Shown here: positions 10,004-20,737 of the stretch, piece after piece
Numbering within the stretch: position 1 is the first letter of the stretch
Layout of the letters: each line of letters begins with the position of its first letter
DNA from: Thermoplasmatota archaeon
GTDB lineage: Archaea; Thermoplasmatota; E2; UBA202; JdFR-43
Assembly (NCBI GenBank): GCA_029259055.1
Contig: JAPDJP010000016.1
Span: 13,019 to 77,018, forward strand
Length of the DNA: 64,000 nt
Reading direction: 5' to 3'
Notes under the pieces: generated by a model
What the model was told of the DNA's origin: nothing
What the model saw: only the letters and a program-made list of their open reading frames with translations
The model's database searches: none
Program-made: the position numbers and the translations under genes

Positions 10004-11397
10004 AGAATCTTTACATATCTTATTTTACTACTTTCTACACTATTTCCAGCTTTATCATATGCTATTACTTTTAATTCATTGAATGAAAATCCTTGTGGGA
10101 GAGGAGCTGTATATGGAGCTACATAATCTTTCCATAGTATTTCATCATTCAATATGAATTCAACATAATCAATACCAGAAATACCATCATTTGCCTCCGC
10201 CTCCACAACAAATTTTCCAATTATTATTGTATTGCCAAATAAACTAGACATTATTTTTCTGTTCGCTATATATATGTATCCTTCCTTGGGAGAAACTATT
10301 TCTAAGGAAGGTATTTCTTTATCAATTCTTATTGTAAAATTCTTCTTTTCTTCAACATTTCCAGTTTTATCTATGCTATAAAAATGTATGGTATGAGAAC
10401 CATTTGTAGAAATACTAAATTCTTTTTCATATTTTTTCCATTCTCCATCATTTATTTTATAAAAAGTAGCATTGACTCCAGACAAGGCATCAGCAGCAAA
10501 TAACTTTATTTTTGCATTACTTACAATCCATCCATTTTTTCCATATTTTGCATTTATTGTATAATTAGTTTTTGGAGGGGTATAATCCATTTTTAAAGTG
10601 AAATTTTTCTCTTTTTCAGCATTACCAGCATTATCCGTGCTATAAAAATATACTTTATTTATTCCTTCGTTGCTCACATTAAAGCTCCCATTATATACAA
10701 TCCATTCTCCATCATTTATTTTATAAAAAGTAGCATTGACTCCAGATAAATTATCCTTTGATGACAAGGTTACCATAACTTCTTTATTATACCATTCCTT
10801 TACCTCTGATAAATTATATGTAGTTTGAGGAGGGGTTACATCTATTAAAACAAAAATAGTATCTTTGGCGGAAGCATTATCATTATCATATACTGTTAAA
10901 TTTACAGTATAAAAGCCTTCATTACTATATGTGTGCGCAATTATACTTCCATAAGATGTTTTTCCATCTCCAAAATCCCATACATATTTTACTATGGAGC
11001 CGTCAACATCATAACTTAAATTTGCATTAAAAATTACAGTATAGTTATTCAGTATTATATTTTCCCCAGCATCTGCAACTGGAGGAACGTTTAGTATTGT
11101 TATATTTTTTTGTATATAATCCATATTTCCATTTGCATCCCATATAACCAGTCTAACTGAATATATTCCATTATCGGGATATTTATAAGTTGGATTTTTT
11201 TCTGTACTGCTATTTCCATCTCCAAAATACCAAATCCAAACTACAATATCTCCGGTGGAATTATCAAAAAATTTTACAAATTCTGTATCTGTTGGTTGAT
11301 ACGGCTCCCAATAAAAATCTGCTTTTAAATCATTGCTGGAATTTATTGGAGGTATAAAACACATGAGTATTCCCAGTAGCAAGATCACCTTCCTCAT
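10000..11397 (-). CDS. Secreted PKD / Ig-like repeat surface protein
   Basis: Signal peptide; W.FGDG PKD motifs twice; two DxTPP..SGVNATFYKINDGEW..YS.D.xGN repeats. Confidence 0.85.
   Translation of the reverse strand: MRKVILLLGILMCFIPPINSSNDLKADFYWEPYQPTDTEFVKFFDNSTGDIVVWIWYFGDGNSSTEKNPTYKYPDNGIYSVRLVIWDANGNMDYIQKNITILNVPPVADAGENIILNNYTVIFNANLSYDVDGSIVKYVWDFGDGKTSYGSIIAHTYSNEGFYTVNLTVYDNDNASAKDTIFVLIDVTPPQTTYNLSEVKEWYNKEVMVTLSSKDNLSGVNATFYKINDGEWIVYNGSFNVSNEGINKVYFYSTDNAGNAEKEKNFTLKMDYTPPKTNYTINAKYGKNGWIVSNAKIKLFAADALSGVNATFYKINDGEWKKYEKEFSISTNGSHTIHFYSIDKTGNVEEKKNFTIRIDKEIPSLEIVSPKEGYIYIANRKIMSSLFGNTIIIGKFVVEAEANDGISGIDYVEFILNDEILWKDYVAPYTAPLPQGFSFNELKVIAYDKAGNSVESSKIRYVKIL
10437..10746. 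repeat. Exact 46-bp direct repeat (10437-10482 and 10701-10746) inside the PKD gene
   Basis: tccattctccatcatttattttataaaaagtagcattgactccaga occurs twice, 264 bp apart. Confidence 0.9.
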
Positions 11398-11407
11398 ATA
11401 AATCAGC

Positions 11408-11806
11408 TCAAAAATTGTTTTGGTTATTTATGTATTTCGATACCCCTTCTGAAGAAATTCTAATAATGGTTTTTATTCCTCCTCTTATATTAAAATCTCC
11501 TATTACTTCTATATATCTTGGGGAAAGTTTCTCTTTCAAATCATTAAATATCCTATTTGTTGCTTCTTCATGCGTCATATATTTATCTCTAAAAGAATTC
11601 AAATAATGTTTTAATGACCTTAATTCAATTATATATTTATCTGGGATATATCTTATTTTTATAGTTGCAAAATCTGGATAGCCAGAGCGAGGACACAAAC
11701 AAGTAAATTCTGGAAAAGAAATTTCAATTAAATAATCCTTTTCTTGGGAAGGGTTTTCCCATAATTCAAGCTTGGCCTCCTTTATGGCTTTCTCCCCATA
11801 TTTCAT
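11408..11806 (-). CDS. queF: QueF-family T-fold protein (unimodular preQ0 reductase type)
   Basis: [16 protein letters not shown] catalytic Cys/Asp; ELRSLKHY QueF-motif variant; HEE; RGG. Confidence 0.85.
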   Translation of the reverse strand: MKYGEKAIKEAKLELWENPSQEKDYLIEISFPEFTCLCPRSGYPDFATIKIRYIPDKYIIELRSLKHYLNSFRDKYMTHEEATNRIFNDLKEKLSPRYIEVIGDFNIRGGIKTIIRISSEGVSKYINNQNNF

Positions 11807-11807
11807 T

Positions 11808-12191
11808 TCACAAAATTTCCTCTATTTCCAACCTATTTCCTCCCCTCAGATAAATTACTGGGAGATTATATTTTTTTGCCTTCTTTTTCAATTCCTTATC
11901 ATTTGTTACTATTGCTGCATCCATTTTCAATGCTGTTTCAATAACTCCATCATCTCCTTTATTTTCTGTTTCAACTAATCTAAACCCTTTTTTCTTTATT
12001 ATACTTAATCCAAGTTTTGCAGCTCTTCCTACCTCCCCCTCCTCTTCCGCCAGTCTTTCCATTTCTTCAACAACCGTTCTTGGAATAATTATTCTGCATA
12101 TGCCCAACAACCTGTTCAATTCTTTCTCAATATTTATACCAAACTGATAAGGCATCATAAGAGCATTTGTATCCAAAACCACTGCTCTCAT
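11808..12191 (-). CDS. PIN-domain ribonuclease (Fcf1/Utp24-like)
   Basis: [24 protein letters not shown]; usual position after aIF2-gamma; ATGA overlap. Confidence 0.9.
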   Translation of the reverse strand: MRAVVLDTNALMMPYQFGINIEKELNRLLGICRIIIPRTVVEEMERLAEEEGEVGRAAKLGLSIIKKKGFRLVETENKGDDGVIETALKMDAAIVTNDKELKKKAKKYNLPVIYLRGGNRLEIEEIL

Positions 12192-13414
12192 TTTATCTCC
12201 CCATATCCAATTAACCTCCACCTACCCATTATACTTCTTGAAATTGCTATTCTTTGCCCTTCTTCGGCGCAAACTGGTATTTTTAAGACAACTTCCATAT
12301 AATCATGCTTTATATGTTTTACTATTCCTACCGTTGTTGCTGTTCCAACAGTTAGCATTAATGCTTCATTTACTTTTATTTCACTTATCTTTTTTTTCTC
12401 CTTTTCTCCCATTACTCTATTTAATAGATTTATATCCATCTGCAATTCATAAAAAACTGGTGGGAGTTTACCTTCTTTTCCCACAACCTTTCCAGCCAAT
12501 GCATCCGCCTTTGTTAAAGAAGGGTCAAGATATGTTCCTATTCCTAAAAGCCCGCCAGGTCCAGCTTCTTCTACCATTTCCCCACCAGTTATAATGGAAG
12601 CAATTTCAGTAAAAATTGGTTCATATCTTACCTTTCCATGTTCTTCCACTCTTTTTCCCGGTCTTATTTCTATTTTATCTCCCACTCTTAAAACTCCTTG
12701 TTTTAATGAACCACCAATTACCCCTCCTTTTAAATCTTTTGGCTTTGTTCCAGGTTTATTCACATCGAAGCTTCTTGCTGTATACATTAGGGGTGGCTTG
12801 CTTTTATCCCTTTTTGGGGTGGGAATAAATTCCTCTATTGCCATAATAAGAGTATCTAAATTTACTTCATGGTGGGCGGAAATTGGTATAATAGGAGAGT
12901 TTTCTGCGCACGTGCCTTCTATAAATTCTAAAATTTGTTCGTAATTTTTCCTTGCCTCCTCAGGGCTAACCAAATCTATTTTATTTTGCACAATTACAAT
13001 ATTTTTGGCTCCAACTATATCTAAAGCCATTAAATGCTCTTCTGTTTGGGGCTGGGGGCAGGGTTCATTGGCAGCGATTAATAGCAAAGCCCCATCCATT
13101 ATGGCGGCACCCGATATAACAACAGCCATTAGTGTTTCGTGCCCTGGAGCATCAACAAAAGAAACTTTTCTTAATAGCTCTGTTTCCTCTCCACAATGAG
13201 GACAAACTGGCTTTGTTGAATAGCATAAAGGCTCTGGGCAATTCGGACATTTATAAAAAGAGGTATCAGCATATCCAAGTTTTATAGAAATTCCTCTTTT
13301 TAATTCCTCAGAATGCTCATCTGTCCATTTCCCAGTCAATGCTTGAGTTAATGTTGTTTTTCCGTGGTCTACATGTCCAACCATCCCAATGTTTATTTCT
13401 GGCTGCCTACTCAT
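12188..13414 (-). CDS. eif2g: Translation initiation factor 2 gamma subunit
   Basis: [45 protein letters not shown]. Confidence 0.97.
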   Translation of the reverse strand: MSRQPEINIGMVGHVDHGKTTLTQALTGKWTDEHSEELKRGISIKLGYADTSFYKCPNCPEPLCYSTKPVCPHCGEETELLRKVSFVDAPGHETLMAVVISGAAIMDGALLLIAANEPCPQPQTEEHLMALDIVGAKNIVIVQNKIDLVSPEEARKNYEQILEFIEGTCAENSPIIPISAHHEVNLDTLIMAIEEFIPTPKRDKSKPPLMYTARSFDVNKPGTKPKDLKGGVIGGSLKQGVLRVGDKIEIRPGKRVEEHGKVRYEPIFTEIASIITGGEMVEEAGPGGLLGIGTYLDPSLTKADALAGKVVGKEGKLPPVFYELQMDINLLNRVMGEKEKKKISEIKVNEALMLTVGTATTVGIVKHIKHDYMEVVLKIPVCAEEGQRIAISRSIMGRWRLIGYGEIK

Positions 13415-13812
13415 TCTTTCTTCTCCTCCAATTTGCCAGCAGCTTTTAATAATTCCTCAATTGGTTTTGCCCCTCTTTTTATAACCTTCATATTTATTTG
13501 AGCTATATTCAAGCTTATTGTATTTCCGCAAAATGTTTTTCTTTTTCTTACTCCTTTATCTTTTGGATGAAATCCAACGCTTTCCGCTGTAAGAACTCTC
13601 CTTCTTCCAATTCCTGGTATATCCTTTCTCATAATAAAGCCATCTTTATCTGTCCCTCCAGTTATTTGCAATTTATAGCCAGGCAACGAAACAAATATTC
13701 CATCTACTTCATCTCCTATCTTTTTTCCAATCAAAGAGTTTGCATGATGCCCATCTACTATAATCTGCCAACTCTTTGGCCCATCACTTATCACTACTTT
13801 AAATTCTGCCAT
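13411..13812 (-). CDS. rps6e: 30S ribosomal protein S6e
   Basis: [28 protein letters not shown]. Confidence 0.95.
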   Translation of the reverse strand: MAEFKVVISDGPKSWQIIVDGHHANSLIGKKIGDEVDGIFVSLPGYKLQITGGTDKDGFIMRKDIPGIGRRRVLTAESVGFHPKDKGVRKRKTFCGNTISLNIAQINMKVIKRGAKPIEELLKAAGKLEEKKE

Positions 13813-13862
13813 TATGTGAGCAATAAAAATGCCTTTTAATATTTTTGGTCGCTTCCTACTTT

Positions 13863-15491
13863 TTATTTCTGTTGCTCTTCTTTAGCCCACATTTCAAGCT
13901 TTCTTTTCCTTTCTCTTTCCCTTAATTCAACTCTCCTTATTTTACCACTTATTGTTTTTGGAAGGCTGTCTACAAATTCTATTTCTCTTGGATATTTATA
14001 TGGTGCTGTCTGTTGCTTAACAAAGTTTTGTAATTCTTTAATGAGCTCTTCGCTTGGTTCATATCCCTTAGCAAGGACAACAAATGCCTTTACTATATTA
14101 CCTCTAATTTTATCTGGCGAAGCAACAACAGCTGCTTCAACAACAGCAGGATGTTTTACTAATGCATCTTCTACTTCAAATGGTCCTATTCTGTAGCCAG
14201 AGGATTTTATGACATCATCTGCTCTTCCTTCAAACCATATATAACCATCTTCATCCATTCTTGCTAAATCACCAGTTAAATACAAACCATTTACAGCAAG
14301 CTCTTCCAGACTCTTTCCATTCCAGTATCCAACCATTAAGCCAGGATGCGTTATTGGAACAGCTATTTGCCCTACTTGTCCAACTGGCACTTCTTTTCCT
14401 TCTTCATCCACAAGCTTTATGTCGGCGCCTGGCATTGGCTTGCCCATTGAGCCTGGTTTTACTTTTATGCCATCATAGTTGCATACTAAGCCCGTTGTTT
14501 CTGTTTGTCCATAGCCATCGTAAATAAGGAGACCATAAGCTTTGTAGAATCGATCTATAACTTCTCTATTCAGAGCTTCTCCAGCACTTAAGAATTTTTT
14601 CATATCGGACAGGTCATAACTTTCCAAATCTTCTTGAGCCCACATTCTGTATTCCGTTGGAGTTGCACAAAGTCTATTTACCCTATACTTTTCCATTAAT
14701 TCCAAAAATTTAGCTGGTTTAAAGCGCCCATTGTAAATGAGCTGACTTGCTCCTATAGCTAATGCAACACCAATAGGACTCCAGAACCACTTTGCCCATC
14801 CAGGGCTTGTAGTAGCCCAAAGCAATTCATTTGGTTTTGCATTCCACCAGTATACAGCGTTTGTTTTTGACATACAATAAATCCATGCATGATTATGCAT
14901 TACCCCCTTAGGATCTCCTGTTGTTCCAGAAGTATAATTGATTGTCATTATATCTGTTGATTTTATTTTTTCTTTTTCAAGATGGCGAGATTGCTTTGGC
15001 ATTTCTTTTTCATAGCTGAGCCATCCATCTTTTTCCCCACCAACAACAATATAATTTTCAACTGGGATTTTATTCCTAACTTTATCTACTTCTTCCGTTG
15101 AATCCATAGAGGCAATGATTGTTTTCGCTTGACAATTAACAGCCCTATATTCAATATCTTTTGCCCTTAGCATATCTGGACATGGAACGACGATTGCTCC
15201 TATTTTGAAGCTTCCTATTTGGCTAACAAAAACTTCAGGAATTCTGGGCATTATAACCATTATTCTATCTCCTTTTTTCATTCCCAAGCTTCTTAGCAAA
15301 TTACCAAATCTATTTGATTCGTCTCTTAGCTCCCAGTAAGTCATTTTTCCCTTATTTCCTTCTGCATCTTCCCAATACACAGCTACTTTACTCCTATCTT
15401 CAGCATGCTTGTCAACTACATCAGCTATAGAATAGTATTCTGGCACATCCCACTTAAAATTTTTCACCCATTCTTCGTATTTATCTTCCAT
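13863..15491 (-). CDS. AMP-forming acyl-CoA synthetase (short/medium chain)
   Basis: YTSGTTGDPKG, YGQTE, TGD, GRADDVIKSSGYRIGPFEVE, PKTISGKIRR. Confidence 0.93.
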   Translation of the reverse strand: MEDKYEEWVKNFKWDVPEYYSIADVVDKHAEDRSKVAVYWEDAEGNKGKMTYWELRDESNRFGNLLRSLGMKKGDRIMVIMPRIPEVFVSQIGSFKIGAIVVPCPDMLRAKDIEYRAVNCQAKTIIASMDSTEEVDKVRNKIPVENYIVVGGEKDGWLSYEKEMPKQSRHLEKEKIKSTDIMTINYTSGTTGDPKGVMHNHAWIYCMSKTNAVYWWNAKPNELLWATTSPGWAKWFWSPIGVALAIGASQLIYNGRFKPAKFLELMEKYRVNRLCATPTEYRMWAQEDLESYDLSDMKKFLSAGEALNREVIDRFYKAYGLLIYDGYGQTETTGLVCNYDGIKVKPGSMGKPMPGADIKLVDEEGKEVPVGQVGQIAVPITHPGLMVGYWNGKSLEELAVNGLYLTGDLARMDEDGYIWFEGRADDVIKSSGYRIGPFEVEDALVKHPAVVEAAVVASPDKIRGNIVKAFVVLAKGYEPSEELIKELQNFVKQQTAPYKYPREIEFVDSLPKTISGKIRRVELRERERKRKLEMWAKEEQQK

Positions 15492-15780
15492 GTTTGTGGA
15501 ATTGTGTATCCATTATTAATAATTTCGATGAAAAGAGATAGTTGTGATAAAATACCTATGATGATTCTCATTCATACAGGATTATTTTCTACAATTAATG
15601 AAAAAATGCTGATGCAATAAATGTTGAATGGAAGATGTGGTTAGACTGCAACATTTTGCTAATTTCCCCGGTTTTAGTTTTCTTAAATTAAAAGCCACTG
15701 CGAAAGTAGTTTTCATTTTATTAAAAGCATATTGAAATTTTTGATAAAACTTATATAAGAGCATTTAATGTTTAAACGAA

Positions 15781-16416
15781 ATGGGAATATTTAGCAAACT
15801 ATCGCAATGGCTTCTATCTATTTTTGGTAAGAGACATGTTAGAATAGGTATATATGGACCTCCAAATGCTGGTAAGACAACTTTGGCAAATAGGATTGCA
15901 ATGGATTGGGCTGGCGAGATTGTGGGAGAGGTATCGGAAATTCCTCACGAAACAAGGAAAATACAGAAAAAAGATAGAATAGTAATAAAAGATGGAAAAT
16001 CATCACTTACAATCGATTTAATCGATACTCCCGGAATAGCAACAAAAATTGATTACCATGATTTTATGGCTTATGGATTAAGCGAGGAAGAAGCAAAAAA
16101 AAGAGCAAAAGAGGCAACAGAAGGAGTAATAGAAGCTATTAAATGGCTTGATAGTTTAGATGGTGTTATTCTATTGCTGGATAGCACAAAAAATCCTTTT
16201 ACTCAAGTTAATATAACAATTTTGGGAAATTTGGAAGCAAGGGAGCTTCCTTTTATTATTGCTGCAAATAAAGTTGATTTAAATGGTTCAACACCAGCAA
16301 CCTTAAAATCAGCTTTTCCACAACATGATGTCGTGCCAATATCCGCTTTAACTGGATTAAATATGAATTTATTGTATGAAGCAATGGTAAAAAAGTTCTC
16401 AAAAAGAAAAAAATAA
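15781..16416 (+). CDS. Era-like small GTPase (OapA/ArvA family)
   Basis: Amphipathic N-terminus, [24 protein letters not shown]. Confidence 0.9.
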   Translation: MGIFSKLSQWLLSIFGKRHVRIGIYGPPNAGKTTLANRIAMDWAGEIVGEVSEIPHETRKIQKKDRIVIKDGKSSLTIDLIDTPGIATKIDYHDFMAYGLSEEEAKKRAKEATEGVIEAIKWLDSLDGVILLLDSTKNPFTQVNITILGNLEARELPFIIAANKVDLNGSTPATLKSAFPQHDVVPISALTGLNMNLLYEAMVKKFSKRKK

Positions 16417-16426
16417 AGGGGAGAAA

Positions 16427-16771
16427 ATGGAGGGAATAAGAGTAAATTTCATATCATACGAAAAGCTGAGCGGTTTATCTATGGAGGAAAAGCTAAAATT
16501 TATCCTAAAAGAAGTTGAAAAGGGACAGATATTAGTATTAGAAAAAGGGTTGACACCTGAAGAACAAACAAAACTAATAGAAATGACAATGAAAAATATA
16601 AATGAAAGATTTGCTGGTATAGAAATGGAAAGTTATATGGAAGAAAAGCCGAGTTTTTGGCACAGATTGTTAGGAAAAAATAGGGCAAGAATGACTGTTG
16701 TTGCACCAGCCAATAAATTAAAAACTATATATAAGGATAAGAATATAATAAAAGCAATTATAAAGAGATAA
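16427..16771 (+). CDS. DUF2073 protein (OapB/ArvB family)
   Basis: LVLEKGLTPEEQTKLIE.TM..F.GIE; second gene of the conserved triplet. Confidence 0.85.
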   Translation: MEGIRVNFISYEKLSGLSMEEKLKFILKEVEKGQILVLEKGLTPEEQTKLIEMTMKNINERFAGIEMESYMEEKPSFWHRLLGKNRARMTVVAPANKLKTIYKDKNIIKAIIKR

Positions 16772-16772
16772 G

Positions 16773-17186
16773 ATGCCTCATCAATGTTTAAAATGCGGAA
16801 AGGTATATGAAGATTCAAAATATGTTATAGATGGTTGTCCAAATTGTGGAGGAAAAAGTTTTTATTATACAAAAAAACCTTTAGATGAGAAGAAAAGACA
16901 AGAAATTCTAAAAGAAATAGAAAATAAAGAAAATAGAGAATTTATAAACATAGATATAAAAAAAGAAAAAATTGAAGATATTTTAGAAGAAATAAGGAAA
17001 AGAAAGGAAGAAGCCCTAAGAGAAGCAGAAAAACTTGGTAAGAAAGTTGAAAGTATAAGCGTTAAGCAAGTGGGAGAATATGAAATAAATGTAAAGAGAT
17101 TAATAGAGGAAGGAACAATAATAATTTACAAAGAAGGTGCTTACTATATTTATTTACCCTCCCTTTTTAAGACCCCAAAAAGATAA
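16773..17186 (+). CDS. DUF2072 Zn-ribbon protein (OapC/ArvC family)
   Basis: MPHQCLKCG..GCPNCGG..F.Y; GEYEIN. Confidence 0.85.
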   Translation: MPHQCLKCGKVYEDSKYVIDGCPNCGGKSFYYTKKPLDEKKRQEILKEIENKENREFINIDIKKEKIEDILEEIRKRKEEALREAEKLGKKVESISVKQVGEYEINVKRLIEEGTIIIYKEGAYYIYLPSLFKTPKR

Positions 17187-17210
17187 TAAAGGGAAGAGCA
17201 TTTCAACAGC

Positions 17211-17969
17211 ATGATTAGGGACATAGATATTACAAGAATAATTGTAGAGGAATTTTTAAATGATTTCCTAAAAAGTATAGAAATAGATGTAGCGATTGTT
17301 GGTGCGGGACCATCCGGCTTAACAGCTGCAAAATATATTGCAGAAAAAGAAAAAAAAGTAATAATATTTGAAAGAAAACTATCACCTGGAGGCGGAATGT
17401 GGGGAGGAGGCATTGGATATCCGATTATTGTTTTAAAGCAAGGTTATGAGATTTTGGAAGAAGCAGGCGTTAAATGCAAAGAAAAAGATGGCTATTGGGT
17501 AGCAAATGCTATAGAAGCGGTTGCAAAACTTGTATCATCTGCCATAAACGCTGGGGCAAAAATTTTCAATGGGATGACCGTTGAAGATGTTATAGTAAAA
17601 GATGGAAAAGTCAATGGAGTCGTTATAAACTGGTCTTCAATTATGGAAGCTGGATTACATGTTGACCCAGTTTCAATAGAAGCAAAAGCTGTTATAGATG
17701 CAACTGGTCATGATTGTAATGTTGCAAAAATAGTTGAGAAAAAATATGGATTAAAAACCCCTACAGGAAAAATTGAGGGAGAGAAGGCAATGTGGGCTGA
17801 TGAAGGAGAAAGAAAAACTTTGGAAAATACGGGAGAAATATTTCCTGGATTATATGTAACAGGAATGGCGGCTAATGCTGTTATGGGAGCACCTAGAATG
17901 GGTCCAATTTTTGGAGGAATGCTACTATCTGGAAAAAAAGTTGCAGAAATGGTATTAAAAAGAATTTAA
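17211..17969 (+). CDS. thi4: Sulfide-dependent (non-Cys) thiazole synthase Thi4
   Basis: GAGPSG, GGGMWGGG, HVDP (His in place of the sacrificial Cys), DATGH, RMGPIFGGMLLSG. Confidence 0.93.
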   Translation: MIRDIDITRIIVEEFLNDFLKSIEIDVAIVGAGPSGLTAAKYIAEKEKKVIIFERKLSPGGGMWGGGIGYPIIVLKQGYEILEEAGVKCKEKDGYWVANAIEAVAKLVSSAINAGAKIFNGMTVEDVIVKDGKVNGVVINWSSIMEAGLHVDPVSIEAKAVIDATGHDCNVAKIVEKKYGLKTPTGKIEGEKAMWADEGERKTLENTGEIFPGLYVTGMAANAVMGAPRMGPIFGGMLLSGKKVAEMVLKRI

Positions 17970-18754
17970 TCCTTCTTTATTTCTATTTTATCATCCATAT
18001 AAATACGCATTCCATCAATTGCAGCTATTGTAGGAACACCAGCATTTTGAGTAATCCAATTTGCTTGTTTTGTTGCATTGCTCAATACTTTCAATCCCAT
18101 ATGTGTTAAAATTGCAAGCTCCGGCTTTATTTCTCTTACTAGTTCAGCAGCTTCCTCAGTTGACATGTGAAAGGGTATTTTGCCATTTAAAGGGCGAGTT
18201 AAACATATAATTAGCAATCTTGCGCCCTTATGAGCAGTAATTAGTCCATCAAAAAGTTGGGTATCACTTGTATATGATATTGCACCGCTATCCAACATTA
18301 ATTTGAAACCAATAGTTGTAGGGTCTGAATGAAGAGCTGGAGTAATATAAATTTCATATAAATCCTTTATGAGGAATTTATCATTTGGTTTAGCAACCTT
18401 TATTTCTCTAACAATTTTTTTATGATAAAAAGAAATAGGGGTATATCCCTCTATACCATTTATTACACTCTCACTCCCAATAAGTAATCCCCTTTTGCTT
18501 TTCCCTCCTAAAGTCATTGCTTCTATCAATATTTCAGCATCCGTATAATGGTCTGGATGAGCATGAGAAACAAAAATAACATCTGTTTGAGTAGGATCCA
18601 GACCCAATTCATACATTTTTACTAATGCTCCTGGTCCAGGGTCCACATGCATAAGGAGACCTTTGTCAGCAATATATATACCGCCTGTTGCCCTTTTTTG
18701 AAATATTGTCGCGAATCTCCCCCCGCCAGTTCCTATGAAAGTAATTTTTGCCAT
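17966..18754 (-). CDS. Metallo-beta-lactamase fold hydrolase
   Basis: FIGTGGGRF, DPGPG, SHAHPDH, H.D, SDT, TH. Confidence 0.9.
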   Translation of the reverse strand: MAKITFIGTGGGRFATIFQKRATGGIYIADKGLLMHVDPGPGALVKMYELGLDPTQTDVIFVSHAHPDHYTDAEILIEAMTLGGKSKRGLLIGSESVINGIEGYTPISFYHKKIVREIKVAKPNDKFLIKDLYEIYITPALHSDPTTIGFKLMLDSGAISYTSDTQLFDGLITAHKGARLLIICLTRPLNGKIPFHMSTEEAAELVREIKPELAILTHMGLKVLSNATKQANWITQNAGVPTIAAIDGMRIYMDDKIEIKKD

Positions 18755-18838
18755 TATATGTAATACTTTTTTGCCTATTATATTTACTGTACAAATAAAA
18801 GGAAATAATAAAACTTAATAACAGGATATGATATACTA

Positions 18839-19459
18839 TTGATGGATATTATAGCTTTCATTGCGGGACTAATTGTAGGAATTGTGGCAGTTTCAATAGC
18901 AGTTGAGTTTGCTTGGAAAAAAAGCATGCCAGAAAAAACTTGTAAATTATTAAAAAAATGGGATTTAGCAACGCTTAGAAATCCATTAATTGTTGCTGAA
19001 AAATTAAGCATAACTCCTCCTCCAGATGCAAAAATAGTTGTAGCAACTCCAACTTCTTTAGAAAATGCTAGGGAAAATCCAGATGTAAAAGGAAATTTTG
19101 CAGTAGGGTTGAATAAAGCTTATATTTTTGCTGGAGAAATAAAAGAAGGACAGCTGGCTTTTGTAACATCAGATGATGATATATTAAGGGAATTAAGGGA
19201 AATTTTTTATGGATATTATAAAGTTAAAGAGAGAGTAACATCATATGTCCCTAAGGAAGGCAAAGTTAAAATTAGGGGAATTGTAAGAGCTGTATTTCCT
19301 TATAGAGATGGCTATTTAATGAGATTATCATATGAGGAAGGAATAGTTGGCGTTATATTGAAAGAGAGGATGGATATTGAGGGAAAGAGAGTTGAAGTTG
19401 AGGGAGAGGTAATAGAATATCCATTTATTAAACCTACAAATATAACGATATTAGATTAA
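18839..19459 (+). CDS. Membrane-anchored hypothetical protein, possible C-terminal OB-like fold
   Basis: N-terminal TM helix; VKIRGIV..RVEVEGEV beta pattern. Confidence 0.6.
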   Translation: MMDIIAFIAGLIVGIVAVSIAVEFAWKKSMPEKTCKLLKKWDLATLRNPLIVAEKLSITPPPDAKIVVATPTSLENARENPDVKGNFAVGLNKAYIFAGEIKEGQLAFVTSDDDILRELREIFYGYYKVKERVTSYVPKEGKVKIRGIVRAVFPYRDGYLMRLSYEEGIVGVILKERMDIEGKRVEVEGEVIEYPFIKPTNITILD

Positions 19460-20737
19460 ATGAGCATCCTAATAAAAAATTCAATAATAGTTACTCAGGA
19501 TAGAGAAAGGAGAATAATAGAGGGAGATGTATATATTGAAGATGATAAAATAGTTGAAATTGGTAATATAAATATTGAAGCGGATTATGTTATAAAAAAT
19601 AAAATTGTTCTACCTGGCTTAATAAATATGCATACTCATCTACCCATGACTTTATTACGGGGATATGGAGATGATTTACCATTGGAAGAATGGCTTACAA
19701 CAAGAATATGGCCAATAGAAGCAAAATTAAAAGCAGAACATATTGCAGCAGGAACAAAACTTGCTTTTATAGAAATGATTTCTACCGGCACTACTTGTTG
19801 TAATGATATGTATTTTTTTGAGGATGTTATAGCAAATGAGGCAAAAAAAATGGGAATAAGATGTTATGCAGGTTTTAGCATAATAGATTTCGATACTCCA
19901 GAAATGAAAAGAGAGAAATTGATTCCAGAATGTGAAAAGTTTTTAAAAAGGTGGGATAACGATGAATTAATAAAGCCTGTTGTCGCTCCTCATTCCACAT
20001 ATGCATGCTCTCCAGAAACTTTAGAAAAAACGAGCGAACTTTCAAAAAAATACAGAGCATTTATCCATATACATTGTTCTGAAACAAGGCATGAAGTATA
20101 TGATGTTCTGAAAAAATATGGAAAGAGACCTCTCGAACAAATCAAGGAATATGGATTATTAAATGAAAAGACAATGCTTGCTCATTGTGGATGGATAACA
20201 AAGGAGGAAGTGAGAGAGATTGCCAAAGCAAAAGCATGTGTAATCCACAATCCAGTAAGTAATATGAAATTGGCTACGGGAGGATATACTCCTTTGCCGG
20301 AGTTGATGGAAGCGAATGCAACAATTACATTAGGGACGGATGGGGCGGCAAGCAACAATAAGTTAGATATGTTTGAAACCATGAAATTTACTGCTTTAAT
20401 ACACAAACATCATCGATGGGATGCAAGCATTGTAAAGGCGCAGGAAGTTTTAGATATGGCCACAATTGATGCAGCGAATTTTTTAAAGTTGAATGCTGGA
20501 AGCATAGAAGTTGGAAAAAAAGCAGACATTATATGTATAGATAAAAATATGCCAAATTTAATCCCTCGCCATGATATAATAAGTCATTTAGTTTATTCTG
20601 CATCTGGTTATAATGTAAGTGATACAATAATAAATGGTAAATTAATTATGCATGAAAGAAAGTTTTTAAATATAGATGTGGAAAAGGTATATGAAATGGT
20701 TGAAAAAATGAAAGAAGACTTATTAAATATATCCTAA
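19460..20737 (+). CDS. Amidohydrolase, MTA/SAH deaminase family
   Basis: PGLINMHTH, APHS, HIHCSET, AHC, LGTDGAASNN. Confidence 0.88.
   Translation: MSILIKNSIIVTQDRERRIIEGDVYIEDDKIVEIGNINIEADYVIKNKIVLPGLINMHTHLPMTLLRGYGDDLPLEEWLTTRIWPIEAKLKAEHIAAGTKLAFIEMISTGTTCCNDMYFFEDVIANEAKKMGIRCYAGFSIIDFDTPEMKREKLIPECEKFLKRWDNDELIKPVVAPHSTYACSPETLEKTSELSKKYRAFIHIHCSETRHEVYDVLKKYGKRPLEQIKEYGLLNEKTMLAHCGWITKEEVREIAKAKACVIHNPVSNMKLATGGYTPLPELMEANATITLGTDGAASNNKLDMFETMKFTALIHKHHRWDASIVKAQEVLDMATIDAANFLKLNAGSIEVGKKADIICIDKNMPNLIPRHDIISHLVYSASGYNVSDTIINGKLIMHERKFLNIDVEKVYEMVEKMKEDLLNIS

Noticed and set aside
15492-15780. Replication origin next to oapABC
   Set aside because: No repeated ORB (TTCCAGTGGAAA plus G-string) and no cdc6
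17187-17210. TPP riboswitch before thi4
   Set aside because: Gap of only 24 nt with no CUGAGA core
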